Source: Patescibacteria group bacterium
GTDB lineage: Bacteria > Patescibacteriota > Patescibacteriia > Veblenbacterales > UBA10138
Length of the DNA stretch: 64,000 bases
Assembly: GCA_041645215.1 (NCBI GenBank)
Contig: JBAZQK010000001.1
Span: forward strand, 118,091 to 182,090
Direction of reading: 5' to 3'
In this document: piece after piece, positions 25,432 to 35,529 of the stretch
How positions within the stretch are numbered: the stretch's first letter is position 1
Layout: each line of letters begins with the position of its first letter
Notes under the pieces: model-generated
The model's input: the letters and a program-made list of their open reading frames with translations, nothing else
The model's database searches: none
What the model was told of the DNA's origin: nothing
Position numbers and translations under genes: made by a program

Positions 25432-27246
25432 TTAGACTTTTATTATAACAGGTATTATCATAGGCTGCCGCTCAATTTTTTGAAAGAGGAAGCGGCCGAG
25501 TTCATTGCGAATTTTATCCCGCAGCTGAATATCGTTAACGCCTTTTTGGTCATCAGCTGCTCTCATTATTTCCCTGATTTTATGGCGGGTTTCATCAAGC
25601 AGTTTTTTATTGTCTTTCATATAGACAAAGCCGCGGGAGATGATGTCGGGCGAGCCAACCAGTTTGCCAGTTTTACTGTCTATGCTTATTCCTATGACTA
25701 CCATACCATCATGCGATAAAATTTGTCGATCGCGCAAGACGACATGGGAAACGTCACCCACACCGAGTCCGTCCACGAAAACATAGTCAATTGGTATTTT
25801 TTGCGGTAAAACCCGCAATCCGTTGGCTGACAATTCGGCCACACTGCCATTATCAAGGTAACAAATGTTTTGTGGCGGGAAACCAATGGACATCGCCACC
25901 TTGCCCGCTTCTTTAAGCAAGTAGTGGTTAGCGTACACCGGAATTAGGTATTTGGGCTTGATTTGGCGGAGCAGTAGTTTAATATCTTCCATCAAAGCAT
26001 GTCCGCCGCCGTGCACACCCATAATTTCCTTATGGATAACGTCGTCACATTGGCGATATAGTGAATCTTTTAATCGTTGAATTGTGCGTTCATTGCCGGG
26101 GATAACCGAAGACGAAAAAATTACCGTATCGGTTTTTTGTAGTTTAATTTGGCGGTGTTCGCCGTTGGCAATTCGCATTAAGACCGCCCGGTCTTCACCT
26201 TGCGCGCCGGTACCTATAATGATTAGCTTATTATCGGGGTAGTCGTGCATGCGTTTTATATCTATCAGAGTGGTGGGCTTGAATTTGAGATAACCAATTT
26301 CTTTAGCTATCTCAATGTTAATTTTCATTGAGTAGCCGTCGAGTACCACTTTTTTACCTAACTCTTCGGCCATATTGATAATCCAGCCGACTCGCTCCAC
26401 CATGGTGGAGAAGGTGGCGATAATAACGCGGCCGGTGGCGCGTTCTATAATTTGTTTGGTGTTACGGTAAACTTCCAACTCGGATATTTGATAACCCTCT
26501 TTAGTTGAGCCTAGGCTTTCCATCATCAGCACTGACGGGGTGGCTTTGTTATTCCATTGGGCTAATTGCGAAAAATCGGTTTGTTGCCCGTTAACCGGAT
26601 TTAGTTCATAGCGCCAGTCACCCGGATGAATGATATTGCCAACCGCGGTTTGAATAATTACTCCCACCGCGTCCATAATACTATGAGTAACATCAAAGAA
26701 ATTTACTCTGATATTGCCAAAAGCAAATTGTTCTTTGGTGTTTTTTATTTCGTAAGCCTTTAAAAACCGGTTGAGGCGTGATTCTTCCAAACGACGTCGA
26801 ACTAAGGCTAAGGTAAGCTTGCTGGCGTAAATTGGCGGCCAACCGAGTTGGGGTAGAATATGCGGAATGGCTCCAATATGGTCAAGGTGGCCGTGGCTTA
26901 AAATAACGGCGCGGATATTTTTTTCTTTGCCTTTTAAGTACCTGATATCGGGAATTATGTAATCAATTCCCGGCATATCTTCCTCGGGAAACTGCAAACC
27001 GACATCCAGAATAACTATATCCTGGCCGTATTCAAAAACTGTCATATTGCGGCCAACTTCCTCCTGCCCGCCCAGCGGTATTATGCGCAGTTTGGGGGTG
27101 GCGGCAGTATTGGCAGGGCCTTGATTAGGTTGATTGTATTTAGGCATAATCGGCCGTGGTCCGGTACGCCTAAAAAAGCGTCGGTGCGGATTAGTCGCGC
27201 GATTTGGTTGGTTTATTTTTGGGTTTATTATTGTTTCAGTTGTCAT
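25432..27246 (-). CDS. rnj: Ribonuclease J (metallo-beta-lactamase/beta-CASP) with basic N-terminal extension
   Basis: SHGHLDHIGA, MTVFEYGQDIVILDVGLQFPEE; 604 aa. Confidence 0.85.
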   Translation of the reverse strand: MTTETIINPKINQPNRATNPHRRFFRRTGPRPIMPKYNQPNQGPANTAATPKLRIIPLGGQEEVGRNMTVFEYGQDIVILDVGLQFPEEDMPGIDYIIPDIRYLKGKEKNIRAVILSHGHLDHIGAIPHILPQLGWPPIYASKLTLALVRRRLEESRLNRFLKAYEIKNTKEQFAFGNIRVNFFDVTHSIMDAVGVIIQTAVGNIIHPGDWRYELNPVNGQQTDFSQLAQWNNKATPSVLMMESLGSTKEGYQISELEVYRNTKQIIERATGRVIIATFSTMVERVGWIINMAEELGKKVVLDGYSMKINIEIAKEIGYLKFKPTTLIDIKRMHDYPDNKLIIIGTGAQGEDRAVLMRIANGEHRQIKLQKTDTVIFSSSVIPGNERTIQRLKDSLYRQCDDVIHKEIMGVHGGGHALMEDIKLLLRQIKPKYLIPVYANHYLLKEAGKVAMSIGFPPQNICYLDNGSVAELSANGLRVLPQKIPIDYVFVDGLGVGDVSHVVLRDRQILSHDGMVVIGISIDSKTGKLVGSPDIISRGFVYMKDNKKLLDETRHKIREIMRAADDQKGVNDIQLRDKIRNELGRFLFQKIERQPMIIPVIIKV

Positions 27247-27383
27247 GAATGTTAATAAGTAAAAATGTTAATAAGTAAAATAGGGGATAATAAAATAGTG
27301 AATGAATATTAATTTGGTTTAGATTGTTAGATATGAGTTTGGTGCGCTTGGTCAGATTGAATTGAAACTCGGTTAATCAAGAA

Positions 27384-27866
27384 TTACGAATTTGGCAATC
27401 CTTGTTTCAGGCCAAGCTGCTGGTCTAAGGGCGGATGGGAAAAATAAGCTCTTACATTGAACGATGGGTCTATTAACTCAATCATCTCATATTCTTTACG
27501 CTCAATTAGTTTGAATCCTACTTTTGGTAAATACGTTTTTTTGAATATTGGATAGACAACAACTGTAAAATCGGCATTTCCTCTTTCAGGTCGGGTTGTT
27601 TCGGGCTTTCGGATTTTTAATAACCGCAGTTGTCCAGCAACTGTGTCTATTCCACCAATTTCAAAAAGTGGGCCTGTGGGTGTATCTTGAATGATTTTCC
27701 CGATTTGTCCTGCTGGTTCAAGCAAACCTTGATATTCCCTGTCGTTCTGCGAGAATATCGCCGCATAATTTACAGCTGCATCCTTCTCAGTCGTGTGTTT
27801 ATCCTTCAGTTCACGAGCTTGCTTAACGATTTCTTGGACGATTGTTTTTAGACTCTCGGTGTTCAT
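27384..27866 (-). CDS. Hypothetical protein
   Basis: 160-aa ORF; no recognised motifs. Confidence 0.35.
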   Translation of the reverse strand: MNTESLKTIVQEIVKQARELKDKHTTEKDAAVNYAAIFSQNDREYQGLLEPAGQIGKIIQDTPTGPLFEIGGIDTVAGQLRLLKIRKPETTRPERGNADFTVVVYPIFKKTYLPKVGFKLIERKEYEMIELIDPSFNVRAYFSHPPLDQQLGLKQGLPNS

Positions 27867-28307
27867 TGGATTAGCATAGTTTATCGTAGATACACGTAGT
27901 TTGTTATGGATTGGTGTCGTTATAAAACGGGAGTGTTTTGATAAAAATTTAATAATATATTAATGCAAAATGTAAAAATCTTCGCCCAAGGCGGATCTGC
28001 CTCCCTCGGCCCGCTATTCGGCGGGGTGTGCGGGCGGGAAATAATAACTAATGCCCAAATATCAAAAGCTAAAATTTGATAAGAGTTGGTAATTAGTCAT
28101 TGGGGTTTAATTAGTAATTAGGTCAATTAGGAATTAGTAATTGTAACGATTCTTGATTCGCTATTCGGAGTATTACAATTTTCCATTTTGGTTTTGGTTG
28201 CCTCGCGCAACCATCCCGATTTATTGATTAATTTGGTGGCCTGAACCAGAGCATAGCACGGTTCAGGCCTACCATGAACCGTGTTGCTTTAGAGCAACTC
28301 TGGTTCA

Positions 28308-28394
28308 TGGTGCCCGGAGAGGGACTCGAACCCTCAATCCCGTAAGGGAGTACGCACCTGAAGCGTATGCGTATACCAATTCCGCCATCCGGGC
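28308..28394 (-). tRNA. tRNA-Leu (anticodon CAG), CCA encoded
   Basis: Manual fold: acceptor GCCCGGA/TCCGGGC, anticodon loop TTCAGGT, long variable arm, T-arm GGG-TTCGAGT-CCC; followed by two tandem 9-10 bp hairpins. Confidence 0.8.
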
Positions 28395-28400
28395 TAATTA

Positions 28401-30005
28401 TTATTCGCGCCCAATTTTGGTGTACCAGTTTTCTATATCTAAGAAACGATTAGCCGGCTGATTAATCAGCCTTCGTTCCAAACCTTGCAGTTTATAGCTT
28501 AGGGCGTACATGTAGTTTTTACTGAATAAGAATATAGCCGGACTCTCGTCTTTTAAAATTTCTTGAAATTTAAGATATAAACTTTGCCGCTTTTTGTCAT
28601 CGTTGGTTTGTCTGGCTTCAGTTAACAGTTTGTCAGCCTCATGGTCTTGGAACTTCGCCAGGTTAAGTCCCGGGGCGATGATTTGAGAAGAGTGCCAAAA
28701 TGGATAAGGATCCGGGTCGAGGCCGGTAATTTCACTGGCTAATATGGCTTGATAAGCGCGGTTATTGATTAAATTGCTGTGCAGTTCACTTGGCGGTATC
28801 AGGTTTAATTCAACCTTAATCCCTATTTTTTCCCATTGGTTTTTAATGGCTTCAGCCGTGGCTAGATATTGGCTTTGGTCAATTATGGTTAGAATTATAG
28901 TTAGCGGTTCACCTTGAGAATCAACAAAAAATTTTCCCTGGTTATCTTTTTTAAAACCGGCGGCGGTTATTAATTTTTCAGCAGCCGCTAAGTTAAAGGG
29001 CCAAGCTACCGCCGCCGTTTTATTTTTTAATTCTCCCACTACAAATGGTCCGGTCGCTGGCCGGTAATTATTATTGGATAGTTTTTGGATAAGCTCTAGT
29101 CGATTAGTGGCATAGTTTAAAGCTTGGCGGACAGATTTATTTTTAAGAATGTCGTTTTGTTCCGGGTTAAAAAATATAGCGGTGTATTGGGGTAAGGGAA
29201 TGTCATAAAGATTAAATTTACCGCTGGATAAAGAATTGACACTGGCGGTATCAATTCCGCCTAGACCGTCCACCGCGTTCTGGCGCAAATAGTCAAGCGC
29301 GGCGGCCGTATCAGGCACAAATTTAATGGTAAGACTTTTTAAAAACGGTCTTTTGGTGTGAGTAAACGTATTTGGTTCCAGGCTATAACTTTTAATATTA
29401 CCGGACGCGTCTTTATTAACAGTTTTAAAGCGAAATGGCCCGGTCCCCACTGGTTTTAAGCTAGCCTCGTTAGTCAGCCAAGACTGAATTGGTATATTGT
29501 TCCATATATGAGCCGGTATGATGCCAATAGTCAGGGCGCTTAGGAAAGGAGCATAAGGGGTTTTTAAAGTAAAACTGACGGTCAGAGCATTAATACGGTT
29601 GACACTAAGGTCGCGAAATTCATTATAACGCGGACTCATTAGGTCTTTGTTTTGCAGGCGGTTGAAGGTAAAGATAATATCATCAGCTGTTAACGGTTCG
29701 CCGTCTGACCATTTTAGGCCTAGCCGCAGGCTGATTTGATAAGTTTTACCGTCTGAACTTAGATCCCAGTTTTCGGCCAGATCAGTGACAGTTTTACCTT
29801 GTTTGCTATATTTAAATAATCCGCGATAAGTTAGTTGACTTAGGTCAAGTTCGGCATCATTAGCGGCTAATAGCGGATTAGCGGTGCGGGGATTGCCAAT
29901 TATGGCTTCGCTATATTCACCGCCAATTGAGGGCATAACCACGGTAGTATTTTTGTGCCAACTCCAAATCAACCAACCGCCTGACATTACGCAAATTAAG
30001 AGCAA
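28401..30005 (-). CDS. ABC transporter substrate-binding protein, family 5 (oligopeptide/dipeptide type), membrane anchored
   Basis: 534-aa SBP_bac_5-like protein; ORF stays open upstream to 30215 so true start may be non-ATG. Confidence 0.65.
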   Translation of the reverse strand: MLLICVMSGGWLIWSWHKNTTVVMPSIGGEYSEAIIGNPRTANPLLAANDAELDLSQLTYRGLFKYSKQGKTVTDLAENWDLSSDGKTYQISLRLGLKWSDGEPLTADDIIFTFNRLQNKDLMSPRYNEFRDLSVNRINALTVSFTLKTPYAPFLSALTIGIIPAHIWNNIPIQSWLTNEASLKPVGTGPFRFKTVNKDASGNIKSYSLEPNTFTHTKRPFLKSLTIKFVPDTAAALDYLRQNAVDGLGGIDTASVNSLSSGKFNLYDIPLPQYTAIFFNPEQNDILKNKSVRQALNYATNRLELIQKLSNNNYRPATGPFVVGELKNKTAAVAWPFNLAAAEKLITAAGFKKDNQGKFFVDSQGEPLTIILTIIDQSQYLATAEAIKNQWEKIGIKVELNLIPPSELHSNLINNRAYQAILASEITGLDPDPYPFWHSSQIIAPGLNLAKFQDHEADKLLTEARQTNDDKKRQSLYLKFQEILKDESPAIFLFSKNYMYALSYKLQGLERRLINQPANRFLDIENWYTKIGRE

Positions 30006-30226
30006 ACTTATGACTAAAGTGCGTTCGGGCGAGTTAAGAATTTTAGGAAAGAGCGATAATTGTTTCCACGACGGCCAAAATTTTGTAACCGCTTGATTAA
30101 AACCATATTCAATGTCAGACTGGCGCTGGCCGTATAGCAGGCGCCAGAGCTTAAGCAGGCGATTGGAGATTTTTAAAACAATCGTCTTAGTGAATTGTGG
30201 TAAAGTAGATATAAGTTAACTTAAAC

Positions 30227-30448
30227 TTAGGAACTAACCAACAAACTCCAAATTGCTAAGCTAAAAAAAATGATTGCTAAAATTATCGTACTTATGTAAA
30301 GTCCTTTTTCAACGCCTCGTTTGGTTCGGTAAACATTGCCTTCACCGCCAAAAATCCCGCCCAAACCAGTACCACGGCTTTGCAAAATAATCGCGATAAT
30401 CAAAAGTAGAGAAATCGCCGCTTGAACGATTTGGACGTATCTTATCAT
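30227..30448 (-). CDS. secG: Preprotein translocase subunit SecG
   Basis: Two TM helices with GTGLGGIFGGEG loop; 73 aa. Confidence 0.75.
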   Translation of the reverse strand: MIRYVQIVQAAISLLLIIAIILQSRGTGLGGIFGGEGNVYRTKRGVEKGLYISTIILAIIFFSLAIWSLLVSS

Positions 30449-30520
30449 TTCCGTCAGAATAAAGTGGGTTGCTAATCAATTTAGCAAAAGTTAAGTTAAA
30501 AGTAACATACTGCGGTTAGT

Positions 30521-32569
30521 TTGTCAAGGCCCTTAATTATGTCGCCAGATAATATTTTGTCAGGTTTAAATTCAGCTCAAGTTGCGGCGGTTACGGAAAA
30601 CAGCGGTCCGGTTTTAGTATTGGCCGGGGCGGGTAGTGGTAAAACCAGAACAATTGTTCATCGTTTGGGTTATTTAATCAAACAACGGGCAGTTTCACCA
30701 ACTGAAATTGTGGCTGTGACTTTTACCAATCGAGCCGCGGCCGAGCTTAAGAACCGGGTGGAAAATTTGGTTGGCCGGGCGGCCTTAGTTAATATGGCAA
30801 CGGTCGGAACATTTCATTCCGTCAGTTGTCGCTGGTTACGCCGTGAAGCTCGTCATTTGGGTTGGCCCAGTCACTTTACTATTTATGATACTGACGACCA
30901 AATGAATTTACTAAAGTCAGTTTATAAAACAGTCGGTCTGTCGCTTAAACAGTTTCCGCCGCGGGCGGTGCTGGCTGTTATATCGCAGGCTAAGTCTAAT
31001 TTGTTAAAGCCGGCCGAATTTTTAGAGAACAGTGAGGGGAATTACTTTAATCAGGTGGTTTACCGGGTTTATTTACAATATCAAGCGGATTTACGACAAA
31101 ATCAAGCAATGGATTTTGACGATTTAATCAGCCAACTGGTTTGGTTGTGGCAGTCCAATCCTAAAATACTCCAGCGTTATCAGCAACTTTACCGTTATTT
31201 GTTGGTTGATGAATATCAAGATACTAATCAAGCGCAATATCAGTGGTGCAAATTATTGGCCGGCGGTTATCGTAATTTATATGTGGTCGGTGATGATTGG
31301 CAGTCAATTTATTCCTGGCGGGGCGCCGACTTTGGCAATATTCTGCGTTTTAATAAAGATTACCCTGATGCCAAAATAATCAAGCTCGAGCAAAATTATC
31401 GGTCAACCCAGACTATCATCAGGGCTTCTAACGCGGTTATGGTTAAAGCGGTGTTAAAAAGTGATAAAAAATTATGGACCGAAAACGATTTCGGTACGGC
31501 TATCGCGGTGGTGGAGGTGGATAATGAAAATAGTGAGGCGGAATTCGTGGTTAATCAGGCCGTCAAACTGGTGCCAGGCGATACCGCCGACGTTGAACTG
31601 ACTTATGAATCAACAACCAGCAAAAGTTTTTTGCCGGATGTGAGAATGCCCTCGCGGTTTTACGGTTCAGCGGCGGATTTGTCGCAAACCGCCGTTTTGT
31701 ATCGGACCAATATACAAAGTCGCGCCTTAGAACAGGCTTGTCTTAAACAAGGCGTGCCGTATCGTTTAATTGGCGGTGTCCGTTTTTACGAACGTCGGGA
31801 AATTAAAGATATGTTGGCCTATTTGCGATTTTTGCTTAATCCGTTTGATACGGTTAGTTTGCGCCGCTTAGTTACGCGGCCTAACCGCGGTTTGGGGGTG
31901 GCGAGCGTTGAGTTAATTATCCAGACAGCGCAAACGCAAAAATTAAATGTCTTGCAATTGGCCGAGCAAGCGATTTTAAGCGGGCAGCGCCAGGCGGCTT
32001 GGCAAGATTTGATTAAATTGTTCGCCACTTGCCGGCAAAAATTACCTGATTTGACGGTTGACCAATTGATTGATTGGGTGATGGCCGCCAGCGGATTAAA
32101 AGCCGATATTTTAGACGGCACCGACGAGGGCGAAGTCAGATTTATGAACATTCAGGAACTTAAAACCGTAGCCATTGAGCGCGCCGCCGGCCAAGGCCAG
32201 CCGGCCTTGGAACAATTTTTAACCGAGGTATCGCTGTGGCAGGATCAGGATGGGTTGGGCATTAAATCAAGTGGACTGACATTAATGACCTTGCATGCGG
32301 CTAAGGGGTTGGAGTTTAAAAATGTTTTTGTGGTTGGCATGGAGGAGGGCCTGTTTCCGCATGCTTCCAGTTTTAACGACCCGGCGGAAATGGATGAGGA
32401 AAGGCGTTTGTGTTATGTCGGCTTAACCCGCGCCAAGGAAAGAGTCTATTGTGTTTATGCGGTTAACCGCCGCTTGGCCGGCACTTTGACGTTTGGCATA
32501 CCCTCGCGGTTTATTGGTGATTTGCCACCGGAATTGGTCAGTTTTAAATCATTAGCCAATCCGTTTTAA
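30521..32569 (+). CDS. ATP-dependent DNA helicase, UvrD/PcrA family
   Basis: LNSAQVAAVTENSGPVLVLAGAGSGKTRT (motif I), DEYQDTNQAQY, 682 aa. Confidence 0.85.
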   Translation: MSRPLIMSPDNILSGLNSAQVAAVTENSGPVLVLAGAGSGKTRTIVHRLGYLIKQRAVSPTEIVAVTFTNRAAAELKNRVENLVGRAALVNMATVGTFHSVSCRWLRREARHLGWPSHFTIYDTDDQMNLLKSVYKTVGLSLKQFPPRAVLAVISQAKSNLLKPAEFLENSEGNYFNQVVYRVYLQYQADLRQNQAMDFDDLISQLVWLWQSNPKILQRYQQLYRYLLVDEYQDTNQAQYQWCKLLAGGYRNLYVVGDDWQSIYSWRGADFGNILRFNKDYPDAKIIKLEQNYRSTQTIIRASNAVMVKAVLKSDKKLWTENDFGTAIAVVEVDNENSEAEFVVNQAVKLVPGDTADVELTYESTTSKSFLPDVRMPSRFYGSAADLSQTAVLYRTNIQSRALEQACLKQGVPYRLIGGVRFYERREIKDMLAYLRFLLNPFDTVSLRRLVTRPNRGLGVASVELIIQTAQTQKLNVLQLAEQAILSGQRQAAWQDLIKLFATCRQKLPDLTVDQLIDWVMAASGLKADILDGTDEGEVRFMNIQELKTVAIERAAGQGQPALEQFLTEVSLWQDQDGLGIKSSGLTLMTLHAAKGLEFKNVFVVGMEEGLFPHASSFNDPAEMDEERRLCYVGLTRAKERVYCVYAVNRRLAGTLTFGIPSRFIGDLPPELVSFKSLANPF

Positions 32570-32581
32570 AAAAATAAAATA

Positions 32582-32606
32582 AGGCGGTCTAAACTTCAGA
32601 CCGCCT
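32582..32606. terminator. Bidirectional Rho-independent terminator between uvrD-like gene and convergent membrane-protein operon
   Basis: AGGCGGTCT-aaacttc-AGACCGCCT flanked by A-run and T-run. Confidence 0.7.
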
Positions 32607-32622
32607 GTCAAGATTTGTTTTA

Positions 32623-33408
32623 TTAAAAATCATCGCCACCACTGTTCGGTTCACACTTTTCATTGTGTAAACAATTTGGACAAATTATATGGTCATAATT
32701 TATTTCTCTGTTCATGGTAGCCAGCTCACCCTGATACATTTTGTGGTCAGGTGAGATTCCATATTTGTTTGTAAAAACAGAGAATTTAAGCATACGAACG
32801 CCACAATGTCTTCTGAAAATAAATCTTTTAAACGAAACAAGAATCGGGGTGGTGGTAATTTTTTCGTCAGATTTTTCCGTTCTAGCTTCTTTTATCGTTT
32901 TAATTAACTCGTCCATATTTTTGATTTCTGGTTTGTAACCTTCTTCCTTTACGTAATATCCACCGAATAACAGGATGACGCTTGTTACCAAATAGAAATA
33001 ATTAGGCAAACGACAAATATCATTCATCAATTGCGAATATTCCGACAATGTAACAAAAACTGACACTAGGATTATTAGTCCAACTAAACTGGTCACTAAT
33101 CCCATAAACCACCGCAACAAAGAGAAAGTTTCTCTTCGTTGCTTAATTACTTTGATACCCAAGAAGACAATTAGACAGCCGAACAATAGTACCCAAAATG
33201 TATAGTTGTCTAAAATTCGGGTCGCATTTCCTGGTATCTCGCTATTAACAACGAGAAATAAAGCTAGAAAAAAGCCACCGAGAAGAATTAGAGCTTTTCC
33301 GAATAGTTGATACTTGTTTTTCATTTTACCCATCCTTTTTGACTTGATGATTGATTTAGTGTTTTGATTGTTAATTTTTTTCACATTACTCCAACAAACT
33401 TGCGCCAA
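32623..33408 (-). CDS. Hypothetical membrane protein with C-terminal Cys4/His Zn-ribbon-like motif
   Basis: 4-5 TM helices; C-terminus HIICPNCLHNEKCEP. Confidence 0.4.
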   Translation of the reverse strand: MAQVCWSNVKKINNQNTKSIIKSKRMGKMKNKYQLFGKALILLGGFFLALFLVVNSEIPGNATRILDNYTFWVLLFGCLIVFLGIKVIKQRRETFSLLRWFMGLVTSLVGLIILVSVFVTLSEYSQLMNDICRLPNYFYLVTSVILLFGGYYVKEEGYKPEIKNMDELIKTIKEARTEKSDEKITTTPILVSFKRFIFRRHCGVRMLKFSVFTNKYGISPDHKMYQGELATMNREINYDHIICPNCLHNEKCEPNSGGDDF

Positions 33409-33583
33409 TAATGGCTAATATAGCTCCTCCAAAAAATAAGACTATTGCCACCCATCGCTTAACATCGCTGGCCTGGTAGTAACTAATTTCTCTGCCTATG
33501 CGTACAGAAAGAAAAATTCCAGCGCAACCTAGTACAATAAGTACCCAGGCTAATTTCTGTGTTAATTCCATCCGCCACCTCAA
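33386..33583 (-). CDS. Small membrane protein (2 TM)
   Basis: 65-aa ORF overlapping neighbours by 4 and 23 nt (operon). Confidence 0.35.
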   Translation of the reverse strand: MRWRMELTQKLAWVLIVLGCAGIFLSVRIGREISYYQASDVKRWVAIVLFFGGAILAIIGASLLE

Positions 33584-34002
33584 CAGAATTCTTCTGTTAA
33601 CATTCTATCGTCGTATAGGAAATGCTTTCCTATCCGCATTATAACCAGCATCATTATTGCACCAACTAATACTAGTTGCATTGGTATAAGGCTAACCAGC
33701 ATAATTTGATTATTGGGTAGTGTAATTAACATATAGTCTTCCGGTCCGGTTAGGGCATAGGTTGTGACACCGAATGAACCTATTGAAAAGAAAATAATTC
33801 CAAAAAAATATAGCAGTTCCGGTTTTATAATGCAGAAGACTGTACCGATTGCTATTATTATCGCCCCGCCGTTAAGCATAGTGTATTTTTCTGCTTGGGT
33901 TGCGCCACCGTTTTTTACGGCCAGAATTACACCTGCTGCCATAATTAATATGACAACTACAATTTTGACAATAGACAATGGTTTTAATGAATAATTATTC
34001 AT
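33580..34002 (-). CDS. Hypothetical membrane protein (4 TM)
   Basis: 140-aa hydrophobic ORF, first gene of 3-gene overlapping operon. Confidence 0.4.
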   Translation of the reverse strand: MNNYSLKPLSIVKIVVVILIMAAGVILAVKNGGATQAEKYTMLNGGAIIIAIGTVFCIIKPELLYFFGIIFFSIGSFGVTTYALTGPEDYMLITLPNNQIMLVSLIPMQLVLVGAIMMLVIMRIGKHFLYDDRMLTEEFC

Positions 34003-34547
34003 GGTAGTCCCTTTTTGATTTGTGATTTATTTTATTTAATTGTATTTTCTCCCTACTAATCCGGAGGAGAAGGTCTAAACGTCTTATGTCCGGAGACGAC
34101 GTTTTAAGGTTAATGACCTTGGAGATAATCAGTAACCAGCTAACTAGCACCAATTAATATCCTAAGCTTATTAACCCTTCTCCCCTCCCGAGTTAGTAAG
34201 GAGAAATTAGGAGTGTCATTCCCAATCTAATTGGGAATCTAGAAAATCCTTCCTGGATTCCCGTTGGCACGGGAATGACATACTGACAGCTACATTGTTA
34301 AAGAACCCTTCCTTTCACCAATCACGACTTGGTCATTAAATAACTTATCAATATACGCCTAAACCTCTTATTTGTCAAGGGTCGTGGAACAATTTTGGCT
34401 AGTAGCCAAGAGCTAATGGCTAATGGTAGGGAAAATAAAACACTGGGAAACAGTGTTCTACGTTGCACAGGTCTGGCCTCTGCTTTGGAGCTGTGCTTTC
34501 TTAAAAAAATAACGCCAGAGGTTAATTAAACTATAAAGTTAGAAAGT

Positions 34548-35024
34548 TTAATAAACTCTGGCAGATTGAGATTGTTTTTTATTTTTATTTATTAGTTTGG
34601 CATAAGTTGCCGACAGCGGTCCTAGTTGCCTTATGATAATTTCATCTAAGGCCGATTCAAAACTGATACTACCGTCAATAATGAAGTTGGCAATTTTTTT
34701 AATAACCTCGCGTTTAAGCAAGTTATTATTTATTATACCTTTCATGCTTCTGACGTCGTTTGCCAATTTGGAGTCTTGCGCCGTAGGGTGCAACTCGGGA
34801 CTTATGTTTAGGCCGATATAAAGAGTTTTAACCATTGCTATATAAATTTTCAAAAACTGTTCTGGTTCAATGGGCATATCGGCTGTGCTAAATAAGATGA
34901 AGATTGCGCACAGAATGTTTTCTTCCTGGCTGCCGTTGTCAAGGCAATGATAGTTGTTACAGTCAATGGAGTTTTTTAATTCTTGGCTGATTTTAAGGTA
35001 CGGAGGTGTTGGTATTTGTCCCAT
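34548..35024 (-). CDS. Hypothetical protein
   Basis: 158-aa ORF; no recognised motifs. Confidence 0.35.
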   Translation of the reverse strand: MGQIPTPPYLKISQELKNSIDCNNYHCLDNGSQEENILCAIFILFSTADMPIEPEQFLKIYIAMVKTLYIGLNISPELHPTAQDSKLANDVRSMKGIINNNLLKREVIKKIANFIIDGSISFESALDEIIIRQLGPLSATYAKLINKNKKQSQSARVY

Positions 35025-35529
35025 GGGGCCACCTTTTGGTTGTGTTTTGATTGTTTGTTTGCCTTGACCTTATCTAAATAATTGAAAAAAGTCAATACTT
35101 TATAGAAAGTCTAAATAAAATCTGATTTTATTATTCATTACTTCTCTAGAGAAGTAACATAAGAGTCGCCACACAAGGCTTACGGGTATGGCAGTGCTCG
35201 TTAGACACAGGGCTGGTGCTACCTGCCCGCCATCGGCCTCTTGCAATCGATAATTGCTAATTAGTGTTGTAGTTTTCTATTTAATAGCATCGTTTACTTT
35301 GTACAGGCTTAGGCAGGTGGGTGTACAAACCACCACAAACACGCACCAGCTTAACCTGTGTCTAACTTCCCCGCCGGCCGTCGGGCAGGCGCTCTGCACA
35401 TACCCTCCAGCATGGTGGCAAAAGAGATAACACAAAATCTCTACCACCTGCACCCCTCGTTCCTGGCACGCTAGGAAAGGAAGATAATATTGTTAGTTGA
35501 GGATTGGCTTGATACACAGTTAAATTTGA